Shown here: positions 1 through 11,798 of the stretch, in pieces
How the letters are laid out: each line of letters begins with the position of its first letter
Numbering within the stretch: the first letter of the stretch is position 1
DNA from: Chrysomallon squamiferum
Taxonomy: Eukaryota > Animalia > Mollusca
DNA length: 64,000 nt
Direction of reading: 5' to 3'
Assembly: GCA_012295275.1 (NCBI GenBank)
Contig: CM022665.1
Location: 3,596,001 to 3,660,000, forward strand
Notes under the pieces: model-generated
What the model saw: the letters and a program-made list of their open reading frames with translations, nothing else
Told to the model about the DNA's origin: nothing
Databases searched by the model: none
Made by a program: the position numbers and the translations under genes

Positions 1-205
1 TTGAAATTCTGACATCCAAACTCTTACAAGCAGGTGAAATGTCTGTATCTTCTTACAAGTTTTCAGATGGTTTTTGCATATGCAAATTTTATTTTCTGAA
101 CAAAATTATAAAAAATAATATATTTAAATTTTTTTTTTTTAAATTAAAACATCCTGCAGACTATCTGTGTAAGCTGTATATGTTTTTAGACTTAGATCCT
201 ATTTT

Positions 206-297
206 CAGGTTATGTCCTAATTCTCCAAAATGCAAAAAATTCCAAAATTTGAAATGCTTCCAGTCCCAAGCATTTTGGATTAGGGATCCTCAACCTG
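206..297. mobile_element. Short Tigger4/MER46(Zombi)-like non-autonomous DNA transposon remnant
   Basis: The minus strand reads TA-CAGGTTGAGGATCCCTAATCCAAAATGCTTGGGACTGGAAGCATTTCAAATTTTGGAATTTTTTGCATTTTGGAG, resembling Tigger4-type termini (CAGGTTGAGTATCCCTTATCCGAAATGCTTGGGACC). A degenerate CAGGTT lies at the other end. Confidence 0.65.
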
Positions 298-325
298 TAT
301 TAATTAATCCCTCAATCTATTACAG

Positions 326-3300
326 GTGAATTCACATTTGTCTGTGATCAGTCAGGCTGTGGCAAATCCTTCTTGACTTCATACAGTCTCAAGATACATG
401 TCCGTGTTCACACACAGGAAAAACCGTATGGCTGTGATATTACAGGCTGTGAAAAATCATACAATACTCTGTATAGGTGAGCTGGTTGTTACATCACACA
501 CTATCATATACTCCAAGAATTTCAAAAAATTATTCCTTGTTTATCAATTATTATTATTTAATATTAATGCTATACCCATAGGCAGATGCTGAGAGACACT
601 TTTTACATGCACACCTCTATCTTTTTGACCTATTTTTGTTTTTTTCTTTTTATAATGAAGTTCAGTTCACTTTGAATGTTATTATTCAGAATGGTCATAC
701 ATGAAATCTGACTATTTAGAAAAGCTTTGTCAAGTAAAAGATACTGAATGAAGTGTAATATTATTAGTCAATGATTTTTATTTTCAAATAAATATTTTTG
801 CTAAATGAAGAAAAACACTAATTTTATTTTGACAGATGGTTTCCATACAATTAGTTAGTTTTGAATTTTATTAATTTAGCAAAGACAAAAGACAGCATTG
901 TTGAGACTAATCCTCTTCCGCAGGTTTCAGAATAATTATAATAATAACAACAACACTTTATTTAAAGTGGATAATTAATTAATACTAAACCATCTTAACC
1001 AAGCTTTTCCCTACCACTCTAGATATAAACTTGATTCTCATCTCTTTTATTTTATTTTATTGATAATTGAACTAATTAATTTGAAATGATTCACTAAGTT
1101 CATGAATTCTGATTCACCATTTGTAGGTTGAAGGCTCACAAGAGGATTCACAATGGAGACACATTCAAATGTGATGGAGATGGCTGCACTAAGTTCTTCA
1201 CCACACTGAGTGATCTGCGGAAACACATACGCACTCACACTGGAGAAAAACCTTACCAGTAGGTTTTATTATCTCTCTGATGTCAGTTAGGTTCTATCAT
1301 CTGTCTGATTTGATTAGGCTCCATTACCTGTTACTTGAGTAGGTTTTGTGTCATCTGCCTGATTTGAGTAGGTTTTGCTATCTGCCTGATTTGAATAGGT
1401 TCTATATCTTTTTTATCTGAGTTGGTTCTGTTATCTACTTTATTTGAGTAGGTTCTGTTATCTGTTTGATTTGAATAGGTTATTGTGTAAAATATTTATT
1501 TGATAAAACATTTATATTGTATAAACATCTAAGGTTTAGTGTTATCTAAGCAACACAAGAAGCTTTTGCTAAAAAAAAATAATTCACAACAGAAAATTAA
1601 TGAGTTCCTGAGACCATATGCAGGTTAATATCTTCTTTGTACAAAAACAATAAAAAATTAATATTGAATAAATCTTTCAGCAGAGATTATTTTTATATTT
1701 CTGTATATGAAATTACATCATAATAAAAAGGAAAATATCAATCAACAAATTAACCTACAATCTTGTTATATACATACATTTTATTGTCATATTGTTATTA
1801 GTGAAAATTAGTAGTCTGTGAAATAAATGTTTAATGAAAGTGTACAAAATATATACTGGCATTTCTTTGTAGCCTGAAAGGTGTTCTTTAATGTCAGAGC
1901 TTTTTCCAAGTTTTTTCAGTTGTTACATTTGTATTACAAACTTGCACTTTATTAATATTTGAAACAAAAAATTTATTTTTTCCATTTTGTTTTCAGGTGT
2001 AAAGCAGATGGTTGTGGAAAAGCTTTTGCTGCAAGTCATCACTTAAAAACTCACTCAAGAACTCACACAGGTTAAACAAATGTTTCAGTCTTGTTTTTTT
2101 AATATTTATAATAGGTGTTACAATTAAGAGTTATAAAATAACACATCTGTATGAGACCTTTTCAAATATTTATAATCTCTAAAAGCTCAATAATGATCTA
2201 GAATTAAAAGTTATAAAATAGCAAATCAGTAAGAGAGATTTTTTTTTTTTTTTCATTTTTCATATCATAAAAGTTTTTTCTGGTGTGTATTTCAGAAAAA
2301 CAAATGTATTTCTTAAGGTTTTAAACCTGTTGTTGGTGTCTGTATCTAATGAGTAATATGCAAATGTTAAATTGTATTCTACTATAATCAGACAAAAGTA
2401 TGGAGATGTAGGATGATTGCAGTTGTTAAGAAATTAGTAAGTCCTAATATTACTATGCCAGTAGAACTGCTGACTATACCAGTTTTATCCAGGATCATAT
2501 TAAGCCATGGCCAGGTACCTGGACTTTCAGATTTTTGAGTGGACCCTCCAGCATTTCAATGTTTCACCCCTTTACAGTCTGACCCTGGCATACATGTTGC
2601 AATATATTTTTTTTTTATTGGACAAATTTTATATATAGTACATACACATAAACACAAACATTGCTAAAGCACAGCATGCAATGTGCCTTTAACCATTAGT
2701 GCCTTAGGGCACAGTGCCTCAACAAATTTTAGTTACATTAAATATTGAAAAGAATTATTGATTATCAATATTTAGTTTTATTTTAAATGTTTTCTGTTTT
2801 CAGGAGAAAAGCCATACACTTGCAGTAAAGAAGGATGTATGAAAGCATTTTCTACTAACTACAGTTTAAAAACTCATAAAAACAGACACAATAAAAATCA
2901 GCAATCAGAAGCTTCAAATGAGGTAACTATATTAAAAATGACATGTGTTTAAATCTTATTTTTTTATCATGATTAATCTTTATGAACATTAAAGTAAGAC
3001 TACAAATAAATCATTTGTTTATTGATGTGTTTTTCAGAAAGACTGTTTTCTTAATATTAACTTTTTTTTTTTTTCTCTTTGTTACAACATTTACTTTAAA
3101 CTCTCAAGAAATGGATAAATTACATTCAACTATGAAAGAAATTAATCAGATAAATAATCACAATTTGTTTACAGACAATTATTGTTGTTCTTTTTATTTT
3201 GTTTTTAAAATATATTATCTTTATTTGAAACAAATATTTATTTTGATATTAATGTTGTTAATAGTTTTCACATTTTTTTAAATCGTCTTGTTTTCAAGCC

Positions 3301-4626
3301 ACAGCAACTTCTCAATTCTTTGTACACATCAGCTTCTCTTTCTGATGCTGAGACAAACCGCAGTACAGAAGTCAATTCAATGACAGGTAAACTTGTAATA
3401 AAAAAACACAAATTCTACACAAAATTAGCATTATTCCTTCTGTCCTGTTCTTTACAACCAATCTCTGCCTCTTTTCTTCAGTCGTTTTTTTATGTATCCA
3501 TATCTCCATTTATATCCTTTTTCTTATTTTTTGTCAGATCTCTCTTTGTTTTTGTTTTTAAAGAAGATATTTTTTCTAAATGTTTTTCAAATATAAAATT
3601 CCTTTTGTGTGTTTTAACTTCTTTTTTTTCATGCCTATATATATTTGTTTTTTTTTTTATCAGGATGCAAAAAAAAAAATATGAGATCATGGTAATAATT
3701 TGTGGTTAACATATGTCATTCAAGTTACAAATATTTGAATAATTATGCCTTTTGTTTTGAATTGCAAGGTATTTTAGAATATGTGTTTTTGTCATGAAAT
3801 TATATTTTAATATATATACATTTTTTATATTTTTGTTCCAACTAATTGTGTTTTAGAAGATATGCCAGCCTTGTCCATGCAAGAACTCTATCAGCCTGTT
3901 TTGCCTTTGGTTCTGCCAGTTTCAGAAGCAAGTTCTACTGTACAGAATATAGGCAATGTTACAGCAGCTGAACAGATGGCTCAACAAGTGTTGCTGCTGC
4001 CAGACATGGCAAACCACTTCTTCAGCCAGAGTGAGAGTCTGTGTGCCACTCAAAACGCATCGCTGTTGGAGACCACACCAACATCATCCCTGGTAAATGC
4101 AGGGGGCAGTGAAAAGATTATAAATGGAGGAGAGTGTTTTGGGGAGCCACTTTGTACAGTCAGTCTCGATGCCAGTGACTGTGGAGGAGAGTGTGGTATT
4201 GGTGTTAAAACAGAAGAGTCAGAGACACAGCCAGGCACTCTCGTCTCTGTACAGTCGGAGTGTTGCAGTGTAGTTGATGCTGTAGCAGTCAGTGGTCAGA
4301 GTAATGTGTCGGAACAGCAGCAAGTGCTACCCATTTCGTTTGCTGCAATGGAGCAGCAGATGATTCCCGTCCCAGTGATCAACACCGCTGACCTGCAGAA
4401 GGCTGCCAATCAGGCTGATGCTCAAGCTCCAGTGATTCATGCAGAGGCACATATTAATGCACAGACGCCAATGGTAGAGCTGATGCCACAGCAGATAGAA
4501 GCTGTGGCCGAGAGTGCCTCAGTTCCTCTCAATCAGATTTTTGTTCCCGTTGTGAACCAGACAGAAAGCGGGCCAATCATTCAGCTTGTACCACTTACAC
4601 AGGACTCGTGTATGTCAGCGTCTTAG
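326..4626 (+). CDS. MTF1: Metal-responsive transcription factor 1 (MTF-1), 5'-partial; exons 326-476, 1127-1258, 1997-2070, 2804-2922, 3299-3386, 3857-4626
   Basis: Spliced translation [148 protein letters not shown] closely matches vertebrate MTF1 fingers 2-6 ([30 protein letters not shown]). All introns are GT-AG with compatible phases. The last exon contains ORF 3862-4626. Finger 1 and the start codon lie upstream of the window. Confidence 0.95.
1259..1481 (+). repeat. Minisatellite, about 8 copies of a 25-29 bp unit (consensus GTAGGTTCTGTTATCTGYCTGATTTGA), starting at an MTF1 splice donor
   Basis: Units read directly at 1259, 1287, 1314, 1339, 1368, 1395, 1421 and 1448, plus a partial unit at 1475. 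Confidence 0.85.
2489..2588. mobile_element. Possible ~100 bp MITE with imperfect terminal inverted repeats
   Basis: Left end CCAGGATCATATT versus reverse complement of the right end CCAGGGTCAGACT (10/13 match). It is a GC-richer island in an AT-rich intron. Confidence 0.35.
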
Positions 4627-6194
4627 GTTAACCACACGTTTGTTTGGTTTCCAGATCCATTTAGCCATTCATTAATCCTGGTTTGGTGGATTTCAGTTCT
4701 GTATTTGTGAAAGACTGTTGTAAAGGCCACAAGCTCATTCACAAAGCCAGTGATTTTTTTTTTAATTTCTGGTTAAAGTCATAACTGATTAGGCCAAGGC
4801 CAATGGATCTCTTACCTCCATGTTGATTCTTGTCATTATCACAAACAATCTGATTGGTTGTATTTGTAATCAGAATGTTTTAATTGGTTATACATTCAGT
4901 ACATATACACAAACTGAGGCATGAAACTCTACTGCTGTTAGAGAGTTTATTAATGTTACTTCAGTGTGTGTTAGGGTGAAGGATGATAATTTGCAGTGCT
5001 AACAACTCAATATTTATCACTAACACCAGAAATACTGAAAAATTTAGTATTGGTCTGAAATGTCAGAGTTGGTTACCAGTTTTGTTGAATTTTTTTATTA
5101 AATTATTTCAGTGTAGTTCTAAAAAAAAAAATTATTTTACAAATAACTGTATGTTATATTCACAAAATTTGATCTACTACAAATCCAGTTGTTATTATCA
5201 TTTGATTAAAAAAAGAAAATTGAAAAACAGAATGTTTTTAATAAAGTACAACCAATTAACACTTTCAGTGTGTTTCACTGTCAATTTCTGTGATTGATGC
5301 AATCGTTTATGATGAAATTTTTTTAAAAGAAAACTGGCTGACTTTCATCCCAGTTGTTGTATTGGTGTTAGTCATACTGGTGATCTAGAGCAAATGTATT
5401 AATACAGTTACTAAAATGAGATGATCTTCTTAATGTTTGGTCATGTAATATATATCTTCAGTACTGTGCCTTTTGAAAAATGAAGTAACTGACAAATGTG
5501 TATTGAATTTTTAAGAAATTGATCACTGTGGTTATGTTTAGATAACTATCGGTTTATTGACCTGAAGTCTGATTCTATAGCTTGTCTGAAAATGTTTGAT
5601 TCAAAGGTGAAAAGGAATTTTAAAATGAGGATCTGAAGACTGTGTTGAAAATGGAGAAAGCTGTATGGAGATAGGAAAAATCTAGGTGGTTTGAGTACTT
5701 TCATGGTGCATACATGATTTACATCCATAGTGTATCCCTTCTTAGTTACAGTCTTGCCTTTCCCTCATGATTATAATTATGATATTCATTGATAATCTAA
5801 TCATAAATAAGAAATAAGGTTTTTTTCTATGATGCCAGCCTGTGTATAAAGAATTGGCTCTAGTTTTTCAATAAAACACTTGTAAGTTTGATCCAAGTTT
5901 ACTGTTTTGTTATTATACTGTTTAAACTTGATTCTGTTGTACTTAGCATTTTCTGCGTTGGTAGCAGGCACTGAGTTACTAGCTGGGAGATTTCTAGCTA
6001 ATTGACTCAATCTTATGATTAAAAACTGCAGGGTCTTGTTGTATTTAATGTTTTAATAAAGAATAACAATTGTGACGAGCTGACATTTCAGGTTGTCATG
6101 GTTTGTATTATTAAAAAAAAATTTAAAATATTTTATTGTCTGTTTAAACAACTAAGACATAAGTGCTTGACAGTGCCAAATGAATTTGTCTTTG

Positions 6195-6275
6195 GGTTGG
6201 TTAACAGAGCCCTGGATTCTCATATTGATGATCCGAATTTGAACATCTCTTGTCAGTGGATATTGCATGAGGTAT
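6195..6275 (+). mobile_element. Possible degenerate tRNA-derived SINE head
   Basis: GGTTGGTTAACAGAGCCCTGGATTCTCATATTGATGATCCGAATTTGAAC has A-box-like (TGGTTAACAGAGC) and eroded B-box-like (GAATTTGAAC) spacing. No intact cloverleaf. Confidence 0.3.
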
Positions 6276-6794
6276 TATGCATCATGAATACTTAACAGAC
6301 TTAAAGACATTCAGTGTAAGTTATTCATGAGAAACTGTGAATGAAAACATTCTGTTGAAAGTGTTTAGCAGAGATAACATGTATCATACATTCTTATGGT
6401 ACAACAGACTATTTAGTTTCATTGGATGAACAGTGAACATTTTCTACTTAGAAACTGAAATTAAAGAGATATACTTTGGCCTGTGGGAAACAGGCGTTAA
6501 CTGATATAATTGTTATCCAAAGGAAAATGTGGCCAAAACTGAATCAACAAGAAGAATGTAAACTGACAAATCGTGTATTGGAATCAATGAGCAGGATCAC
6601 TGTTTTGAGTGATGGAATCATTCATGTGCAGTCAGTGAATCAGTTGTAGTATTATAAACTGAAATGACAGATCAGTTTTGCATCATTGAAACACAGAACA
6701 TGTTTCTGTAACATACACACTAAATACAAAATTAGCATATTTCAACTACACTGCATCTATATTATTGTAAATTTATTAATTTTTAAGCCGTTTT

Positions 6795-6930
6795 TATTTT
6801 AATTATTTATTTATTTATTAATTTTTAACCAATTTTTATTTTATTTATTTATTTATTTATTTTTATTATTTATTTATTTATTTATTTTTTATTATTTATT
6901 TATTTTATTATTTATTTATTTATTTATTTA
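6795..6930. repeat. (TTTA)n / (TTA)n low-complexity tract
   Basis: Directly visible TTTATTTATTTA runs. Confidence 0.85.
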
Positions 6931-9900
6931 AATTATTGTGTTTTTTTAACATGTTTTGTATGCATTATTGATAGAGTGGAAGACAGGAATTAAATGTACA
7001 TATGTATGTAACTCCAGTTATACTATGTATGAGATTATCTATCACATATTTATTAAATACATTATCCTGTACAAGTATTGGTTACTTATTCAATCTTTAA
7101 TATTCATACTGTATATTGTTTCTTTAATGTGAAAATGTACAAGCTGTTTTGTATTTACAGTCCATAAGTTTAATTAAAGTAAAAAACACAGAGAAAAAAA
7201 TAACTCTTGCAATTTTTGAAAATCTGAAACATAATAATAAATTTTAATCACTTGGAATTTTCACTCGTGTTTAATTTTTGTTCAAACAATTGTGGTACCA
7301 GCCAGCAGTGATTTTTGAGAAAGAAAAAAATATTAATATTACCTTAGCAGTTAACCTTTTACCTATAACATGACATTACAGACAGTAATGAAACTGTTAA
7401 CTCAAAAGTTTGAAAGAATTCAGAGCTAAAATTAAATTTAGCATAATATGAATACCAGTGAAAATTTTTAAACTTTTGTCAACATTGTCTCAGTTTTTCT
7501 GTGAAGATGATCATCAGTCAGATGAAATTTGTTTCATTTCAACGAGTTTATACATATATGTAAATATAAATGAATTAATGTTCCTTCTGAATTTTTATCT
7601 TGTCTTTTTTTTACTTTTATATTCCTTTGAAATTTTCTTTCTCATCATTTGCTTTGAAATGAATTTTAACTTACATTAACTTAATTCTGTTGTGCATCAC
7701 TGATAAATATATATTTTTTTCAAATATATCATTGTATTTCATGAATAATATATATGAAAATGGCTTTTCTCATCATTTATAAATGTATATTTTTATTACT
7801 ATGGAAAAAAGAAATGGCATTTTGTCTCACAATAAATTAAAATTATTTACTACAAAATTTTAGATGATTAAAATTATAAATTTAAAATTCTTTACATTTT
7901 AAATGTAACTTTTTGATCTCCTTCCAGCAATGTTTTTAATAGTGCTATTAATAAAAACATACTTACAGTATTTGCTTTAAACAAGATTTTAAAAAAAAAG
8001 GATATGAACCAGCCATATGAATTTTTATCTTTATCAATATATATATATATATATCTTGTATGTTACAATAACTTTTTGTTTTTCTTTTCTTTTTTCAGTT
8101 TTAATGAATGAAAAATTGTTAAATAATAATAATAATAAGTATGAGTTTTAAATAGCATGAATATCATTTGCGCAAATTTCAAATAATTAAAATATTGTTA
8201 ATAGTTTTTTCATCAGTTTAAATTATTTCATTTCAGTTTATTCTATTTTATATATTAATAACTTTTTATTTATTTATTTATTTATTTATTTTTATTAATT
8301 TTTGTTCCTTTATATGTATCTAATCAAACTATTAAAAAAACAGTGCCTAGTCATTTTGGAAGTATTAAGTACAGTACTATCAAATCAGTTTATCTTGCTT
8401 CACAGTGAAATTATAATCAGTATTAGATTTTATTCATTTCCTTTATGAACAATATTCATACAGCTACCTTTTTTATCCATTCTTTTCAGACGTCTTATGG
8501 TTTTAAAACCACCAAACATTGCCATTTATTTTGAAAATGAATTAATGATTTTGTCATGCAGAATTTCAAGAGCAATAATTATGAGAATGTTTTGTTTATG
8601 TTCTGAGTGAATTTGAAGAAACTGTAACCAAGAATTACAGTCATCAGAGCATTTGATTTCTTGAACAGAGGAAACTGAACATTAATTTCTTACTATCATT
8701 ATTATTATTATTATTATTATTATTTTTTATATATATATATATACATTTATTTTTATTCATTTATTTGTTTTTTCTTTTTGTGGGGGGTATTTTTATATGC
8801 ACCGTGACATTTATGTGCAAGTATTAAGACTGCAGAATACTTTAGCTAGAATATGTATTATGGACACAAGGTTCAGAATCCAATAATTTTAATATTAGAA
8901 AGTTAGACAGTTGGTTAGAAAGAAGATATGGAATAGTGGCTTTGCACTATCTGATTATCGCTGGGTGGAAGCCAGTATTAGAATTCAATCTTGGTGTAAT
9001 TGTATCAGAAGTATTTTAATGGCTTAACCGTAGCAGGATCAAATTTAGTATTGCTGGACTTGTAGTTGGGTTATTTCATATTTGTGCCATAACTGAGGCT
9101 ACTAAAGAAAACTTTGCAAGTTAAAATGTTTTCACTAAACATGTTCTTCATAAAATCAGTCAGTGAAGATTTTGTTTAGACAATCAATATGAATGAATGT
9201 TTAAATTTTCTCATTAGCTCACATTCTCTGTGATGCATAAACACACACACACATACACAGACACAGACAGACACACACAAACACAAATGAAGGGAACATA
9301 CCATGAGACAAGAAGTATCAATAGTGGACTGAATAGGGGAAGGGTGTAGCTTGGATAATTTTTTTAATTATTATTTATATAGTTGTTGAGAAACTAACAC
9401 TGAACTGTGTTATTTAAAATAATCTTAATTGCTGTTAACATACAGTGATGTGTGATGGATTTTTTTATGGTAAAATAAATAACATCCAAATGGATTTCCC
9501 TGAGAAAGACTTGATATACTAGATGTTACCATTTGCATTTCTTGTTTAATTTTCTTTTATTACTGTTATCAGTTATTTTTATATTTTACATGTTGTTTTT
9601 TTTATATTTTTTGGAGGGTTTTTTGGGGGGGTGTTGTTGTTCACAGTTAGCTTGAAAACATGTTCTTAGCATTTCTGTTTTCTCAAGACAAGTTGGACGT
9701 TGGCAAATATAAGCTTATCTTTCCTGTTTATGATTACTGTTGTATTTTGAATGTAATAAGTTATAGATTTATTTATAATATAAATGAAAATGTTGCCAGG
9801 ATCCTGAGATTATATAAAAATAGAATTTGTTTAACATTGAGTGCAAAATAGAAAAATTGATTGTACAAGTCATCAACCTTTTCATTTTGTATTACATTTT

Positions 9901-11162
9901 CATTTCTTGTTCTTTAATATACTATATGTTTTTAATAATTATAATCATGTTCTGTTTTGTTTGGGTTTTTTTCAATTTATTATTTTTTTTTTTTAGAATT
10001 ACTACTATTAATATTATTATTATTATTATTATTATTCTCATTTTTATTATTATTATTATTATTGTCATTATTATTATTATACATATTTTTTTATATTTTC
10101 ATTACTGGATCTGTATTGAAAAGTATGGGTAAAAAAAAAGACAATTTGTTGTAGCACTGTGTGCACATTTACAAAACAATATATTATATATACACACATA
10201 CATGTATGTGTATCATGTTGGGTCAAGTTGGTTGATATTATCTGATTATTACTGTATTACTTATATATAAGTATATATTATATATATATATTTGAAAATA
10301 TGGTTGACAGTTATAATACTTCTATCTGGCAAATAAACAAAGATTACAAATTTCTGTGTGTTGCTTTCATTTATTTTAACGAGTGTTTAATATGCAGTAT
10401 CAGAATGTTCGTCATATTTTCAATAATTTTTTATTTGTTTATTATTATTTTATTTTTTTTACATCATTTTTGGCAGTCATGTATTCAGGTGTACAAGCAT
10501 AAATAGTTAATACATTGGAATAGGAGTCATCAAGATTTAAAATTTTCGTAAATTATTTTAAAATAACAAGATATGTCTATCCCATTCAAAAATGAATGGA
10601 GAATAGTAGCCTCCATCTTTTAACCACAGTCTTTGTAAGTTTAAACTTTACAAGGGAGTAGATCTAATAATGACAAGATATATCTACTCAGTTTTAATAA
10701 TGATGATAAATTAATAAATCAATTAATAACAACTTCTTGTAATACATAGCAGGAAAAAATAATAATGATTATAATACATAACTATGACAATTTAACACAC
10801 ACACACACACACACACCAGTCCATAGTGTATTTAATATATTATATATGCTTATATTAGTTTTATACTCTTTTAAAATGTGTAACACTGTAACCAATTCAA
10901 GGACACATATTCTATTTTAAAGCCTTATGTTAGATAATATTATCGTGCATGGCTTTAATTAAAAGTCAAGCTCAGTTCGTTTCTGTAACTAGCGACTGCA
11001 CGATTCACATGATAAATGTGACCGAAATCAGACATGTCCATATCAGTTTTGTACCACTACTAGTACTACTATTACACTTCAAATAAATACAATTTATATA
11101 AATTTAGAAATGGTCACAGTTAAATTTCATTTAAGGTCTAATGTTGTGGATTAAAACAGTTG

Positions 11163-11165
11163 CAT

Positions 11166-11216
<51 letters not shown>
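11163..11216. repeat. (TA)n microsatellite
   Basis: Directly visible. Similar (TA)n runs occur at about 17700-17785, 20569-20603, 43186-43216 and 53981-54025. Confidence 0.9.
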
Positions 11217-11219
<3 letters not shown>

Positions 11220-11595
11220 CTTTTAATTTCTTAACTCTTTTTTTTTTTGTCGTCTTTAACAACAACAAGAAAAAATAATTAATGAACTTGAAATTTTTAA
11301 AAGCTATATTATAATCAAATATTAATAAAGTTTTTTGTTTTTTTAAGTGAAAGAAAAGAAAGAAAAGAAAAAGAAGGGGGAGGCAGTGTTATAAATGAAT
11401 GTACTGTTATTCAGTATCATGCATTCATTGCCATCAATTTATATGACAATAATTCTTAAGTTCTAATTACATACGCTTCGTGGTCAGACAATACATTCAA
11501 ATTCTCAAATCAAATCGTTCCCTGATAACAGGGTGACAATAATTCAACCAATCCTAATATACGTGTTTGATTTTCAAATACACACCAGAAACATC

Positions 11596-11631
<36 letters not shown>

Positions 11632-11737
11632 TAATGTATCAAAATATAGACGTCATAGTTTAACAAGCAAATACAACTTTTTATTTACCCATTAATTAAA
11701 TTTTCGAGTATAATATAATTAACAGTTGATTCACCTT

Positions 11738-11753
11738 CCCGCCAGATGGCGTT
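11738..11753 (+). promoter_or_regulatory. CTCF-like motif just upstream of the beta-subunit-like start codon
   Basis: CCCGCCAGATGGCGTT matches the CCASYAGRKGGCR core with one mismatch and sits in a locally CpG-richer region about 50 bp before the ATG at 11799. Confidence 0.45.
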
Positions 11754-11798
11754 GCATCCAGGTAAATTATAAGCGGAAATAGTTGCACCTACAACATC

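Noticed and set aside
1259-1481. Regularly spaced ~27 bp repeats (and the ~69 bp repeats at 61440-61950) as CRISPR-like arrays
   Set aside because: The units are contiguous and degenerate with no unique spacers, the context is a eukaryotic intron, and there are no cas genes.
3512-3520. ATATCCTTT, a U12-type (AT-AC) donor consensus inside MTF1 (another at about 38439)
   Set aside because: The MTF1 model closes in frame with ordinary GT-AG introns, and I found no matching U12 branch point and AC acceptor.
608-10165. MRE cores TGCRCNC (608-614, 9839-9845, 10159-10165) suggesting MTF-1 autoregulation or control of the neighbouring gene
   Set aside because: A rough composition-based estimate gives on the order of ten such 7-mers by chance in 64 kb. 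They are not clustered near a plausible TSS.
9660-10506. Hydrophobic I/L/F-rich ORFs (also 2982-3709, 24324-24861, 27422-27703, 38698-38889, 41347-41565, 52603-52833)
   Set aside because: They are translations of (TTA)n, poly-T or (AAAAAT)n low-complexity DNA, with no splice-consistent model or recognisable domain.
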